A stretch of 32,000 nucleotides of DNA from Synechococcus sp. A15-28 (GTDB lineage Bacteria > Cyanobacteriota > Cyanobacteriia > PCC-6307 > Cyanobiaceae): the NCBI RefSeq assembly GCF_014280175.1, contig NZ_CP047931.1, positions 570,001 through 602,000 on the forward strand, read 5' to 3'. The translations under genes were made by a program, and so were the position numbers. This document shows, piece after piece, positions 24,883 to 32,000 of the stretch; the stretch's first letter is position 1; each line of letters opens with the position of its first letter. The notes under the pieces are model-generated. The model saw only the letters and a list, made by a program, of their open reading frames with translations. It was not told the origin of the DNA and did not search any database.

Positions 24883-25350
24883 ATGCTGCCGACTCATGTG
24901 ACCGATCTCTGGCCCCTCAGCCGGGCATTGCTCCTGCAGATCCTTGAGGACCGTTGCAGCGACCGCTTCGTCTGTGAGCGGATCTGGGAGCGTCTGGGTT
25001 ACGTCGACTCAGACGGCGTCTGGCGCGCTGGTTCCAAGACACCCAGCGACTGGGTGGAGGCCTTCCCTGAGGGGCCGCAGCTGATTGCTGAACGGCCGGC
25101 CTTGGTGCGTCTGACCCGATCGATCCCGAAGCAGCACAAGCAGCTGCTGAAGCAGCAACTGAAGTTTCAGGGTTACCGCATCGGTGAGCTCTATCCGCGA
25201 CGGACCCGCCGCGCCACCGCCGTGAGCTGGTTGCTGGCCTGGCTGGCCCAGCAGGAGATGCCCCTTCCGGAGCAGGGGCCCCTGGCTCCCGAGCTGCCGG
25301 TGCCCTCCGATCCGGTCGCCGGACATCCCGGCGACCTGCCAGTGGCGTGA
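24883..25350 (+). CDS. DUF1823 family protein
   Basis: C-terminal part of the long track ORF 23956-25350. Coding-like segment LLLQILEDRCSDRFVCERIWERLGYV...AGSKTPSDWVEAFPEGPQLIAERPALVRLTRSIPKQHKQLLK. Start ATG 24883 or GTG 24898. Confidence 0.8.
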   Translation: MLPTHVTDLWPLSRALLLQILEDRCSDRFVCERIWERLGYVDSDGVWRAGSKTPSDWVEAFPEGPQLIAERPALVRLTRSIPKQHKQLLKQQLKFQGYRIGELYPRRTRRATAVSWLLAWLAQQEMPLPEQGPLAPELPVPSDPVAGHPGDLPVA

Positions 25351-25404
25351 ACCTTGCCGTGTCAGCGGGTCTGTAGGGTCAAGGATTGATCGGAGTCCCG
25401 CCCC

Positions 25405-26772
25405 TTGGCGCGTCCTGTCGTCGCGATCATCGGACGCCCCAATGTCGGCAAGTCGACTCTGGTGAATCGTCTCTGCCGCAGTCGCGAGGCGATTGTGCAT
25501 GACGAGCCCGGTGTCACCCGCGACCGGACGTATCAGGACGGCTACTGGGGCGACCGTGAGTTCAAGGTGGTCGACACCGGTGGTCTGGTGTTCGATGACG
25601 ACAGTGAATTTCTGCCGGAGATCCGCGAGCAGGCGGCTCTGGCCATGGAGGAAGCCAGCGTCGCGGTGGTGATCGTCGATGGCCAGCAGGGCATCACGGC
25701 CGCGGATCAATCCATTGCGGAGTTCCTGCGCAGTCGACCCTGTCCGACGCTGCTGGCGGTCAACAAGTGCGAGTCGCCGGAGCAGGGTCTGGCGATGGCG
25801 GCTGAATTCTGGAGCCTTGGACTGGGAGAGCCCCATCCGATCTCCGCCATCCATGGCGTCGGCACCGGGGATCTGCTGGATCAGGTGCTGACCTTTCTCC
25901 CCCCCAAAGACCAGGAGGGTGATGAGGAGGAGCCGATCCAGATGGCGATCATCGGACGACCGAACGTCGGCAAATCCAGCCTGCTCAATGCCATCTGTGG
26001 TGAGCAACGGGCGATTGTGAGCCCCATCCGCGGCACCACCCGGGACACCATTGACACCAACATCGTTCGCGAGAACCGTCCCTGGAGGTTGGTGGACACC
26101 GCGGGGATCCGACGCCGCCGGAGCGTCAATTACGGGCCTGAATTCTTCGGCATCAACCGCAGCTTCAAAGCGATTGATCGCAGTGACGTCTGCGTGCTGG
26201 TGATCGATGCCCTCGATGGCGTCACCGAACAGGATCAGCGACTGGCGGGGCGGATCGAGGAGGACGGTCGAGCCTGTGTGGTGGTGGTGAACAAATGGGA
26301 TGCGGTGGAGAAGGACAGCCACACCATGACCGCCATGGAGAAGGAACTCCGCGCCAAGCTGTATTTCCTCGACTGGGCACCGATGCTGTTCACCTCGGCC
26401 CTCACCGGTCAGCGGGTGGACAGCATCTTCGCTTTGGCGTCCCTGGCGGTGGAGCAGCACCGCCGGCGCGTCAGCACCTCAGTGGTGAACGAAGTGCTCA
26501 AGGAGGCCCTGAGCTGGCGCAGTCCCCCCACCACCCGCGGTGGACGTCAGGGGCGTCTGTACTACGGCACCCAGGTGGCCAGCCGGCCCCCCAGCTTCAC
26601 GCTGTTCGTCAACGACCCGAAGCTCTTCGGTGACACCTACCGCCGTTATGTCGAGCGTCAGATCCGGGAGGGGCTGGGGTTCGACGGCACTCCGGTGAAG
26701 CTGTACTGGCGTGGAAAGCAGCAGCGCGATGCCGAACGGGACATGGTGCGGCAGCAGAACCGTCAGAGCTGA
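25405..26772 (+). CDS. der: Ribosome-associated GTPase Der (EngA), double G domain
   Basis: Two G domains: [18 protein letters not shown]...DTGG...NKCE and [18 protein letters not shown]...DTAGIRRR...NKWD, with C-terminal KH-like region. Confidence 0.98.
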   Translation: MARPVVAIIGRPNVGKSTLVNRLCRSREAIVHDEPGVTRDRTYQDGYWGDREFKVVDTGGLVFDDDSEFLPEIREQAALAMEEASVAVVIVDGQQGITAADQSIAEFLRSRPCPTLLAVNKCESPEQGLAMAAEFWSLGLGEPHPISAIHGVGTGDLLDQVLTFLPPKDQEGDEEEPIQMAIIGRPNVGKSSLLNAICGEQRAIVSPIRGTTRDTIDTNIVRENRPWRLVDTAGIRRRRSVNYGPEFFGINRSFKAIDRSDVCVLVIDALDGVTEQDQRLAGRIEEDGRACVVVVNKWDAVEKDSHTMTAMEKELRAKLYFLDWAPMLFTSALTGQRVDSIFALASLAVEQHRRRVSTSVVNEVLKEALSWRSPPTTRGGRQGRLYYGTQVASRPPSFTLFVNDPKLFGDTYRRYVERQIREGLGFDGTPVKLYWRGKQQRDAERDMVRQQNRQS

Positions 26773-26775
26773 CCC

Positions 26776-27654
26776 ATGGACTGGCTGCGGCAGATCCCGA
26801 TGGGGCAGTTCGTCGACGGGCGTGAGGGCTGGCTGCGTCGACTGGATGCCCGTCTGAAGCTGGCGTGGTCTCTGGTGTTTCTGCTTACGCCTGTGCTGGC
26901 GGGGCCGTTGTGGCGTGTTGCGCTGGTGCTGGGTCTGCTCCTTCTCACCCTGAGCTGTGGCATGCCCAGCAGGATCTGGTGGCGTTCCCTGCTGGTGCTG
27001 ACACTCCTGGCGTTGGCGGTCGGCACCCTGTCGATGTTGTTGCCGGCCGCTGATCCGGCAGCGGCCCTGGGGTTGCGCGATCCCCAGGAGCTGCCGGATG
27101 CCCTGTCCCAGGGACCGTCCTGGGTGGTGTTTGAGCTGGGTCCGCTCTCGGTGGACCGGGCTTCGCTGCTGCTGGGACTGCGGACATCAACGCTGATCTT
27201 CACGGTGATCCACAGCATCAACCTGGTGCTGATCAGCACCCCGCCTGAAGACCTGGTGTGGGCCCTGAGTTGGTGGTTTGCCCCCCTGAGCCGTCTCGGT
27301 CTGCCGATGGAGCGGTTGGGGTTTCAGTTGTTGTTGGCCCTGCGTTTTCTTCCGCTGGTGCAGGAGGAACTGCAGAATCTGCTGCGATCCCTGGCCAGTC
27401 GAGCCGTCAACCTGCGCCGATTGGGGTTCAAGGCATCCTTCGGGCTGGTGCTGGCGGTGGGGGAACGGTTGCTGGCCAACATCCTCCTGCGGGCGGAACA
27501 GGGAGCCGATGCTCTGGTGGCCCGCGGCGGCATGGTGTCGGGCCCTGCCGGCTTTCGACTGCCGGAGGAGCAGCCGGCTCCGCTGCTGAATGCACTGGCT
27601 GTGCTGAGTCTCTTGGCTGTTCTGGGTCTGAGGACTCGGTACGGTGCTATGTGA
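26776..27654 (+). CDS. Energy-coupling factor (CbiQ/EcfT) family transmembrane protein
   Basis: MDWLRQIPMGQFVDGREGWLRRLDARLKLAWSLVFLL..., polytopic; ALRFLPLVQEELQNLLRSLASRAV and AEQGADALVARGG coupling-helix-like motifs. Confidence 0.85.
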   Translation: MDWLRQIPMGQFVDGREGWLRRLDARLKLAWSLVFLLTPVLAGPLWRVALVLGLLLLTLSCGMPSRIWWRSLLVLTLLALAVGTLSMLLPAADPAAALGLRDPQELPDALSQGPSWVVFELGPLSVDRASLLLGLRTSTLIFTVIHSINLVLISTPPEDLVWALSWWFAPLSRLGLPMERLGFQLLLALRFLPLVQEELQNLLRSLASRAVNLRRLGFKASFGLVLAVGERLLANILLRAEQGADALVARGGMVSGPAGFRLPEEQPAPLLNALAVLSLLAVLGLRTRYGAM

Positions 27655-27935
27655 TGGAGGCTGCATCCATGGCTGCCGAGCGTTACCTCAACCACCCCAC
27701 CTTCGGAATGCTGTATCGGGTGGCACCGGCCGGTGAAGGTCGGGACATCTACGCCACGCTGTACGCCCAGCGCATGTTTTTCCTGGTGACGTTGCAACCC
27801 CGTGGGGCGCAGTTCGAGGTGATTCCCTACGGCGATGCCCGTCACCATGCTGATGTCAATCTGCAGCGCTGCCAGCGCGCCGGCTCTGAAGAGCTCGAGA
27901 ACTGGCGGCAGTTGTTTGATCAAACCTTCATCTGA
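27654..27935 (+). CDS. pipX: PII-interacting protein PipX
   Basis: ERYLNHPTFGMLYRVAPAGEGRDIYATLYAQRMFFLVT...DARHHADVNLQRCQR...WRQLFDQTFI. Start overlaps the preceding stop (TGATG). Confidence 0.93.
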   Translation: MEAASMAAERYLNHPTFGMLYRVAPAGEGRDIYATLYAQRMFFLVTLQPRGAQFEVIPYGDARHHADVNLQRCQRAGSEELENWRQLFDQTFI

Positions 27936-27945
27936 CGGTTGAGCC

Positions 27946-28608
27946 TTGTCAGGCCCTCTCTTCGATCGCTGGTCCGCTCTCAAGGCGGAGCTTCCGGCCA
28001 CGGCTCGGCTGCTGGCTGTGAGCAAAGGTCACCCTGCCGAGGCGATCCGCGAGCTGGCGGAAAGCGGCCAGCGGCACTTCGGTGAGAGTCGCGTGCAGGA
28101 GGCGCTTCCCAAGCAGGACCAGTTGGCCGATCTGTCGTTGAGTTGGCATTTCATCGGCCGGTTGCAGAGCAACAAGGTGCGATCGGTGGTGCGTGCTTTT
28201 CCGGTGATTCATTCGGTGGACTCTCTGCCTCTGGCGCAACGGGTGTCGCGGATTGCCGGCGAGGAAGAGCAACGGCCGGAGGTGCTGCTGCAGGTGAAGC
28301 TCAGGCCCGATACCAACAAAGGGGGCTTCCTGCGGGATGAGTTGCTGTCGGCCTGGCCAGAGCTGGCTGCTTTGCCATCGATGACGGTCGTCGGCCTGAT
28401 GACCATGGCCCCGATGGGCTGCGAGGCCGACGATCGACAGGCCTTGTTCCAAGAGTGTCGCGAGCTCGCCGATCAGCTGGAGCTGGGGGAGTGCTCGATG
28501 GGCATGAGTGGCGACTGGCGTGAGGCGGCCGCGGCGGGCAGCACCTGGCTGCGGCTTGGTTCCGTGCTCTTTGGCCCACGGCCGTCTGCATCACCACCAG
28601 CTGGATGA
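27946..28608 (+). CDS. YggS/PLPBP-family pyridoxal-phosphate-binding protein (PipY)
   Basis: ARLLAVSKGHPAEAIRELAESGQRHFGESRVQEAL...LSWHFIGRLQSNKVR...IHSVDS...LMTMAP...LSMGMSGDWREAAAAGSTWLRLGSVLFG pattern, directly after pipX. Confidence 0.93.
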   Translation: MSGPLFDRWSALKAELPATARLLAVSKGHPAEAIRELAESGQRHFGESRVQEALPKQDQLADLSLSWHFIGRLQSNKVRSVVRAFPVIHSVDSLPLAQRVSRIAGEEEQRPEVLLQVKLRPDTNKGGFLRDELLSAWPELAALPSMTVVGLMTMAPMGCEADDRQALFQECRELADQLELGECSMGMSGDWREAAAAGSTWLRLGSVLFGPRPSASPPAG

Positions 28609-28701
28609 CTTGCTGAGAGCTCTCTGAAACGTTATTCAAGGACAGGGCGGTCCTGATGCGAGGACTTCCCCCTTACGTCTCAGCCCGAAAGGAGTTTCAA
28701 G

Positions 28702-29268
28702 GTGTCGCTGATTTCCCGCCTGCGTGCCGTCGTCGCTGGTGACGACTATCTCGATGGCGATCTTGATGATCTGGTCTATGACGATGATCAACCCGAACAG
28801 GATCAGCGGGCCAGCCAGGCCGATGGTGGCGCCTTGGCCACCATCGGTGACAGTAATCCCTTCGATTTGGGAGACAACTTTTCAGGCTCCAATGTGATCG
28901 GCATGCCGGGCATCAGCACCGCAGCTGCCGAAGTGAATCTGATGGAGCCCCGCAGCTTCGACGAAATGCCCCGGGCGATTCAGGCCCTGCGTGAGCGCAA
29001 AACCGTCATCCTCAACCTGACGATGATGGAGCCGGATCAGGCCCAGCGCGCTGTGGATTTCGTTGCTGGTGGCACCTTCGCCATCGATGGTCACCAGGAA
29101 CGGGTCGGTGAAAGCATCTTCCTGTTCGCCCCCAGCTGCGTCACCGTGACCAACACCAGTCATGACGAGGCGTCCACTCCAACGGTGGTCAACCGTGAGA
29201 CGGAGGTGGAGCCACAACAGGAAGCAGCGGCGGCTCCCTCTCCCGCCTGGGGCGCCACAGCCCTTTGA
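28702..29268 (+). CDS. sepF: Cell division protein SepF
   Basis: Acidic linker then [72 protein letters not shown] precedes the GTG start. Confidence 0.95.
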   Translation: MSLISRLRAVVAGDDYLDGDLDDLVYDDDQPEQDQRASQADGGALATIGDSNPFDLGDNFSGSNVIGMPGISTAAAEVNLMEPRSFDEMPRAIQALRERKTVILNLTMMEPDQAQRAVDFVAGGTFAIDGHQERVGESIFLFAPSCVTVTNTSHDEASTPTVVNRETEVEPQQEAAAAPSPAWGATAL

Positions 29269-30092
29269 GTCCGAGTCCATTGGTTCCTTTCCTCGGTGTG
29301 ATCGGCCTGGGCCGCATGGCCCAGGCCCTGGTGGAACCACTGCTGAACAGCGGGTCGTTTTCTGCTGATCAGGTGCATGCGGTGGTGGGCTCCGCCGCCA
29401 CGGCCCAGCGTTTGGCTCAGGGGACCTTCGAGGCCGTGTCGATTCACCCCTCTGGCTGTTCTGAGGCCTTGCAGGTCTGGTCGGCTCCCGTGCAGTTGCT
29501 GGCCGTCAAGCCGCAGCAGATTGATGGGATCGCCGCCGCCGCACCCGACGTTGCCAATCACCCCCTGCTGGTGTCGGTTCTGGCCGGCGTCAGTCTTGAT
29601 CGTCTGCAGCGCCTGTTCCCAGGCCATCGGGTGGTGCGCGCGGTGCCGAACACTCCAGCCCTAGTGGGGGAGGGGCTCACGGCCCTCGCCTGGGGAGAGG
29701 CAATCAGCTCTGAGCAACGCCTGAAGGTGCGCGAGTTGTTTGCCGGTGTCAGCGAGGTGCTGGAGCTGCCTGAAGCGAAGCTCGATGCCTTTCTCGCCCT
29801 CACCTCCTCCGGCCCAGCGTTTGTGGCCCTCATGGCTGAAGCGATGGCGGATGGTGCTGTGGCGGCCGGTCTGCCGCGTGATCTGGCCCATCGTCTGGCT
29901 CACCGCACCCTGGCCGGGACGGCCGCGTTGTTGGATCAACGTCAGCTGCACCCTGCCACGTTGAAGGACATGGTGACGTCTCCAGGCGGCACCACCATTG
30001 CGGGAGTGCGTGCTCTTGAACAGTCGGGAGCCCGCTCCGCCTTCATGGAGGCCGTCATCGCCGCTGCCGAGCGCAGCCGGGAGCTCGCTTAA
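29265..30092 (+). CDS. proC: Pyrroline-5-carboxylate reductase
   Basis: [17 protein letters not shown]...[11 protein letters not shown]...[19 protein letters not shown]...[44 protein letters not shown]...[17 protein letters not shown] start overlaps the sepF stop. Confidence 0.96.
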   Translation: MSPSPLVPFLGVIGLGRMAQALVEPLLNSGSFSADQVHAVVGSAATAQRLAQGTFEAVSIHPSGCSEALQVWSAPVQLLAVKPQQIDGIAAAAPDVANHPLLVSVLAGVSLDRLQRLFPGHRVVRAVPNTPALVGEGLTALAWGEAISSEQRLKVRELFAGVSEVLELPEAKLDAFLALTSSGPAFVALMAEAMADGAVAAGLPRDLAHRLAHRTLAGTAALLDQRQLHPATLKDMVTSPGGTTIAGVRALEQSGARSAFMEAVIAAAERSRELA

Positions 30093-30093
30093 C

Positions 30094-31263
30094 TCAGGCG
30101 GCCCGTTGGTCGGAGCTGACCAGGGACCCGTAGAGCGCTTCGATGGCGTCGATGTTGCGGCTGATGGTGTAGCGCTCGAGGGCACGCTGACGGGCCCGTC
30201 GCCCCAGTTCCGCAGTGAGCACCGGCTGATCCCGCAGCACCGGTAACAGGGTGCGCAGCTGCGTGGTGACCCCCTGGGTGCTCAGAACGATCCCGGCTCC
30301 ACCCTCCAAGGCCTCGCCATCCGCACCGGCATCGGTGGCCACGCAGGCGGTGCCGCTGGCCATCGCTTCCAGCAGCGCCAGGGATAACCCCTCAACGAGG
30401 CTGGGCAGAACGAAGACCTCGGCGCATTGCAGCAGCGCCACACGGGTGTCCAGATCGGGTTCATAGCCCCACCACAGCACCTCACCATTGCCGAACTGAT
30501 TCATCAGTCCGCTACTGAGGGGGCCATCGCCGACGATCACCAGTCGGCATCCGGTTGGTGAGGTGAGTCGCCAGGCCCGCAATAGCGCTTCGACGTTTTT
30601 CTCGGTGGCCAGCCGTCCCATGTACAGGAAGATCCGCTGGGATCCCAGCCGTTCGCGCACGCGTTTGAGGGTCAGGTTGCTGGTGCCATGGGTGGCAGGG
30701 GCCCAGCGTTCCGTATCCACGCCATTGGGAATGACCACCAGGCGCTGCTCCGGCACACCGAGTCGGACCAGTACATCAGCCTGCAGCTGGGAGAACACGA
30801 TCACCCGGTCGTAGCGCGCCAGGGCGGGGGCATACAGCTGATATGTGAGCTGCTGGGTACCGGCGGTGATGTTGCGCAGCCCCGCATCAAAAGGGGGGTG
30901 AAAAGTGGCCACCAGTGGCACGCCGAGCTGCTGGCAGAGCTCCGGCAGGCGGAAGTCAAGGGGTGAGAGGGTGAGGCTGGCGTGGACGATGTCCGGCTTC
31001 AGCCGCTCCAGGGAGTCCCTCAGCTCCCGCTGCGCCCCCGGTGAGGGGATCGTGTAAACCTGCGATTTGACCAGATACGGCAGGCTGACGTCCGGGTCAT
31101 TGGCCAGCAATGACGTTCCGCCGCTCTCGGGATTGCGAGGATTGTCGAAATGGATGAAGTGCGTCTGATGCCCCCGCTGACGCAAGGCCTCGGTGGTGCT
31201 GAGGCCGTAGGAGACGTTCCCGCAGAACGGTGTTTTCTTCCCCAGCCAGGCGATCTGCACCAA
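30094..31263 (-). CDS. Glycosyltransferase family 4
   Basis: Retaining GT4 features: YDRVIVFSQLQADVLV...VVIPNGVDTERW...FLYMGRLATEKNVEALLRAW...FVLPSLVEGLSLALLEAMASGTACVATDAGADGEAL. Confidence 0.92.
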   Translation of the reverse strand: MVQIAWLGKKTPFCGNVSYGLSTTEALRQRGHQTHFIHFDNPRNPESGGTSLLANDPDVSLPYLVKSQVYTIPSPGAQRELRDSLERLKPDIVHASLTLSPLDFRLPELCQQLGVPLVATFHPPFDAGLRNITAGTQQLTYQLYAPALARYDRVIVFSQLQADVLVRLGVPEQRLVVIPNGVDTERWAPATHGTSNLTLKRVRERLGSQRIFLYMGRLATEKNVEALLRAWRLTSPTGCRLVIVGDGPLSSGLMNQFGNGEVLWWGYEPDLDTRVALLQCAEVFVLPSLVEGLSLALLEAMASGTACVATDAGADGEALEGGAGIVLSTQGVTTQLRTLLPVLRDQPVLTAELGRRARQRALERYTISRNIDAIEALYGSLVSSDQRAA

Positions 31264-31295
31264 GCGCGACTGCCCTCCTCAGGCGGACTGGCAAG

Positions 31296-32000
31296 TTAGC
31301 AGCGCTTCCAGGGGCGTTCGAGCACAGCCGCCACCAGAGCCATCGCAGCCAGAAGCAGCAAGACCGGCTCCAGCCCGACGCTGCTCACCAAGGTGCCGGC
31401 CAGCACCAGAGGAAGGCTCAGGGCGATGTTGATCAGGTTGTTCTGCAGTCCGAACACCCGTCCCCGCTCCCGCTCCGGTGTGTCCTCCTGCAGGGTGGTC
31501 TGGGCCGGTATCGCCACCAGTGCGGCGCCGATCCCCAGAACGGTGCAGAGCAACAGGGTGACTAAAAGGCGACCTTGCAACTGCCCCAGCATCACCAGGA
31601 CGAAGGTGATGGTGGCCAGGCCGGTGGCACCGAGGTGATGACGGCTGATCTGATGGCCCACCTGGGCCGTGACCACGGCCCCGATGGCCATGCCGAGGCC
31701 GCTCATGGCCAGCAGCGTGCCGAAACCGGTTGGACCGAGGCTGTTGATCGAGCCGGCCAGGCTGATGGCCAGCACGTACATGGCGGCCAGCAGGCTGTAC
31801 AGCAACACCAGGTTGCGCATCGCCCGCCGCACCGTCGGGCGTTTCACCAACACCTGCAGCCCCTCTCGGACCTCGTCCAGGATGCCGACATCCCCGGCTT
31901 CCCGGGGCGCTTCGCGCATCTGGATCGTGCTCAGACTCACCGCGGCCAGCCCATAGCAGAAGGGCAGCAGCAGAAACTCACCGCCCGCGAGGCCGATCCG
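31296..32000 (-). CDS. MFS transporter, C-terminal part (runs off window edge)
   Basis: Polytopic; LLAMSGLGMAIGAVVTAQVG..., PERERGRVFGLQNNLINIALSLPLVLAG. Frame remains open to position 32000. Confidence 0.8.
   Translation of the reverse strand, partial: RIGLAGGEFLLLPFCYGLAAVSLSTIQMREAPREAGDVGILDEVREGLQVLVKRPTVRRAMRNLVLLYSLLAAMYVLAISLAGSINSLGPTGFGTLLAMSGLGMAIGAVVTAQVGHQISRHHLGATGLATITFVLVMLGQLQGRLLVTLLLCTVLGIGAALVAIPAQTTLQEDTPERERGRVFGLQNNLINIALSLPLVLAGTLVSSVGLEPVLLLLAAMALVAAVLERPWKRC

Noticed and set aside
25009-26460. 483-aa ORF on the minus strand
   Set aside because: Fully antisense to der, which has clear double G-domain motifs; the antisense product is low-complexity His/Gln/Arg-rich as expected from a GC-rich shadow frame.
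28609-28701. Possible small RNA or leader element before sepF (includes palindrome GAGAGCTCTC)
   Set aside because: About 93 bp with only a short palindrome and no recognised ncRNA motif; could be a normal 5' UTR.

Overview
This 32 kb window looks like a marine picocyanobacterial (Synechococcus-type) chromosome segment, judged from protein motifs and gene content. It is extremely gene-dense. I could identify no tRNA, rRNA, CRISPR array or transposase. GC-rich housekeeping genes flank a clearly AT-rich accessory block (about 5.0-16.1 kb). The flanks carry a BASS transporter end, a Ski2/DSHCT helicase, fumC, DUF1997, mtnD, a tetrapyrrole methylase (cobI/cbiL-like), a BcsA-like GT with a PilZ-like tail, dus, DUF1823, der, ecfT/cbiQ-like, pipX, the yggS/pipY homologue, sepF, proC, a GT4 and an MFS transporter. 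The accessory block reads as a cell-surface glycan assembly/export island. It encodes an ABC-2 permease and a KpsE/CtrB-like protein with no ATPase in the window, a 979-aa GT2 + RgpF-like fusion, two uncharacterised proteins, a P-loop sulfotransferase-like protein and an 804-aa double-GT2 protein. It abuts a GC-rich dTDP-L-rhamnose operon (rfbA-C-D-B). Strongest observations: (1) a candidate sulfated-rhamnoglycan island; (2) a near-identical internal duplication with 162-bp period in an uncharacterised island protein, built on a 'Y...pDl...s..eLi.Hy...G..eGi' motif; (3) the N-terminal GT2-like region of the 979-aa protein appears to have lost catalytic acidic motifs relative to its neighbour; (4) the cobI/cbiL-like gene lacks any plausible ATG/GTG/TTG start although a GGAGG sits in front of an in-frame CTG; (5) the PilZ-like tail of the BcsA-like protein lacks c-di-GMP-binding signatures. 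Functional assignments are from recognition of motifs by eye; no database search was run.
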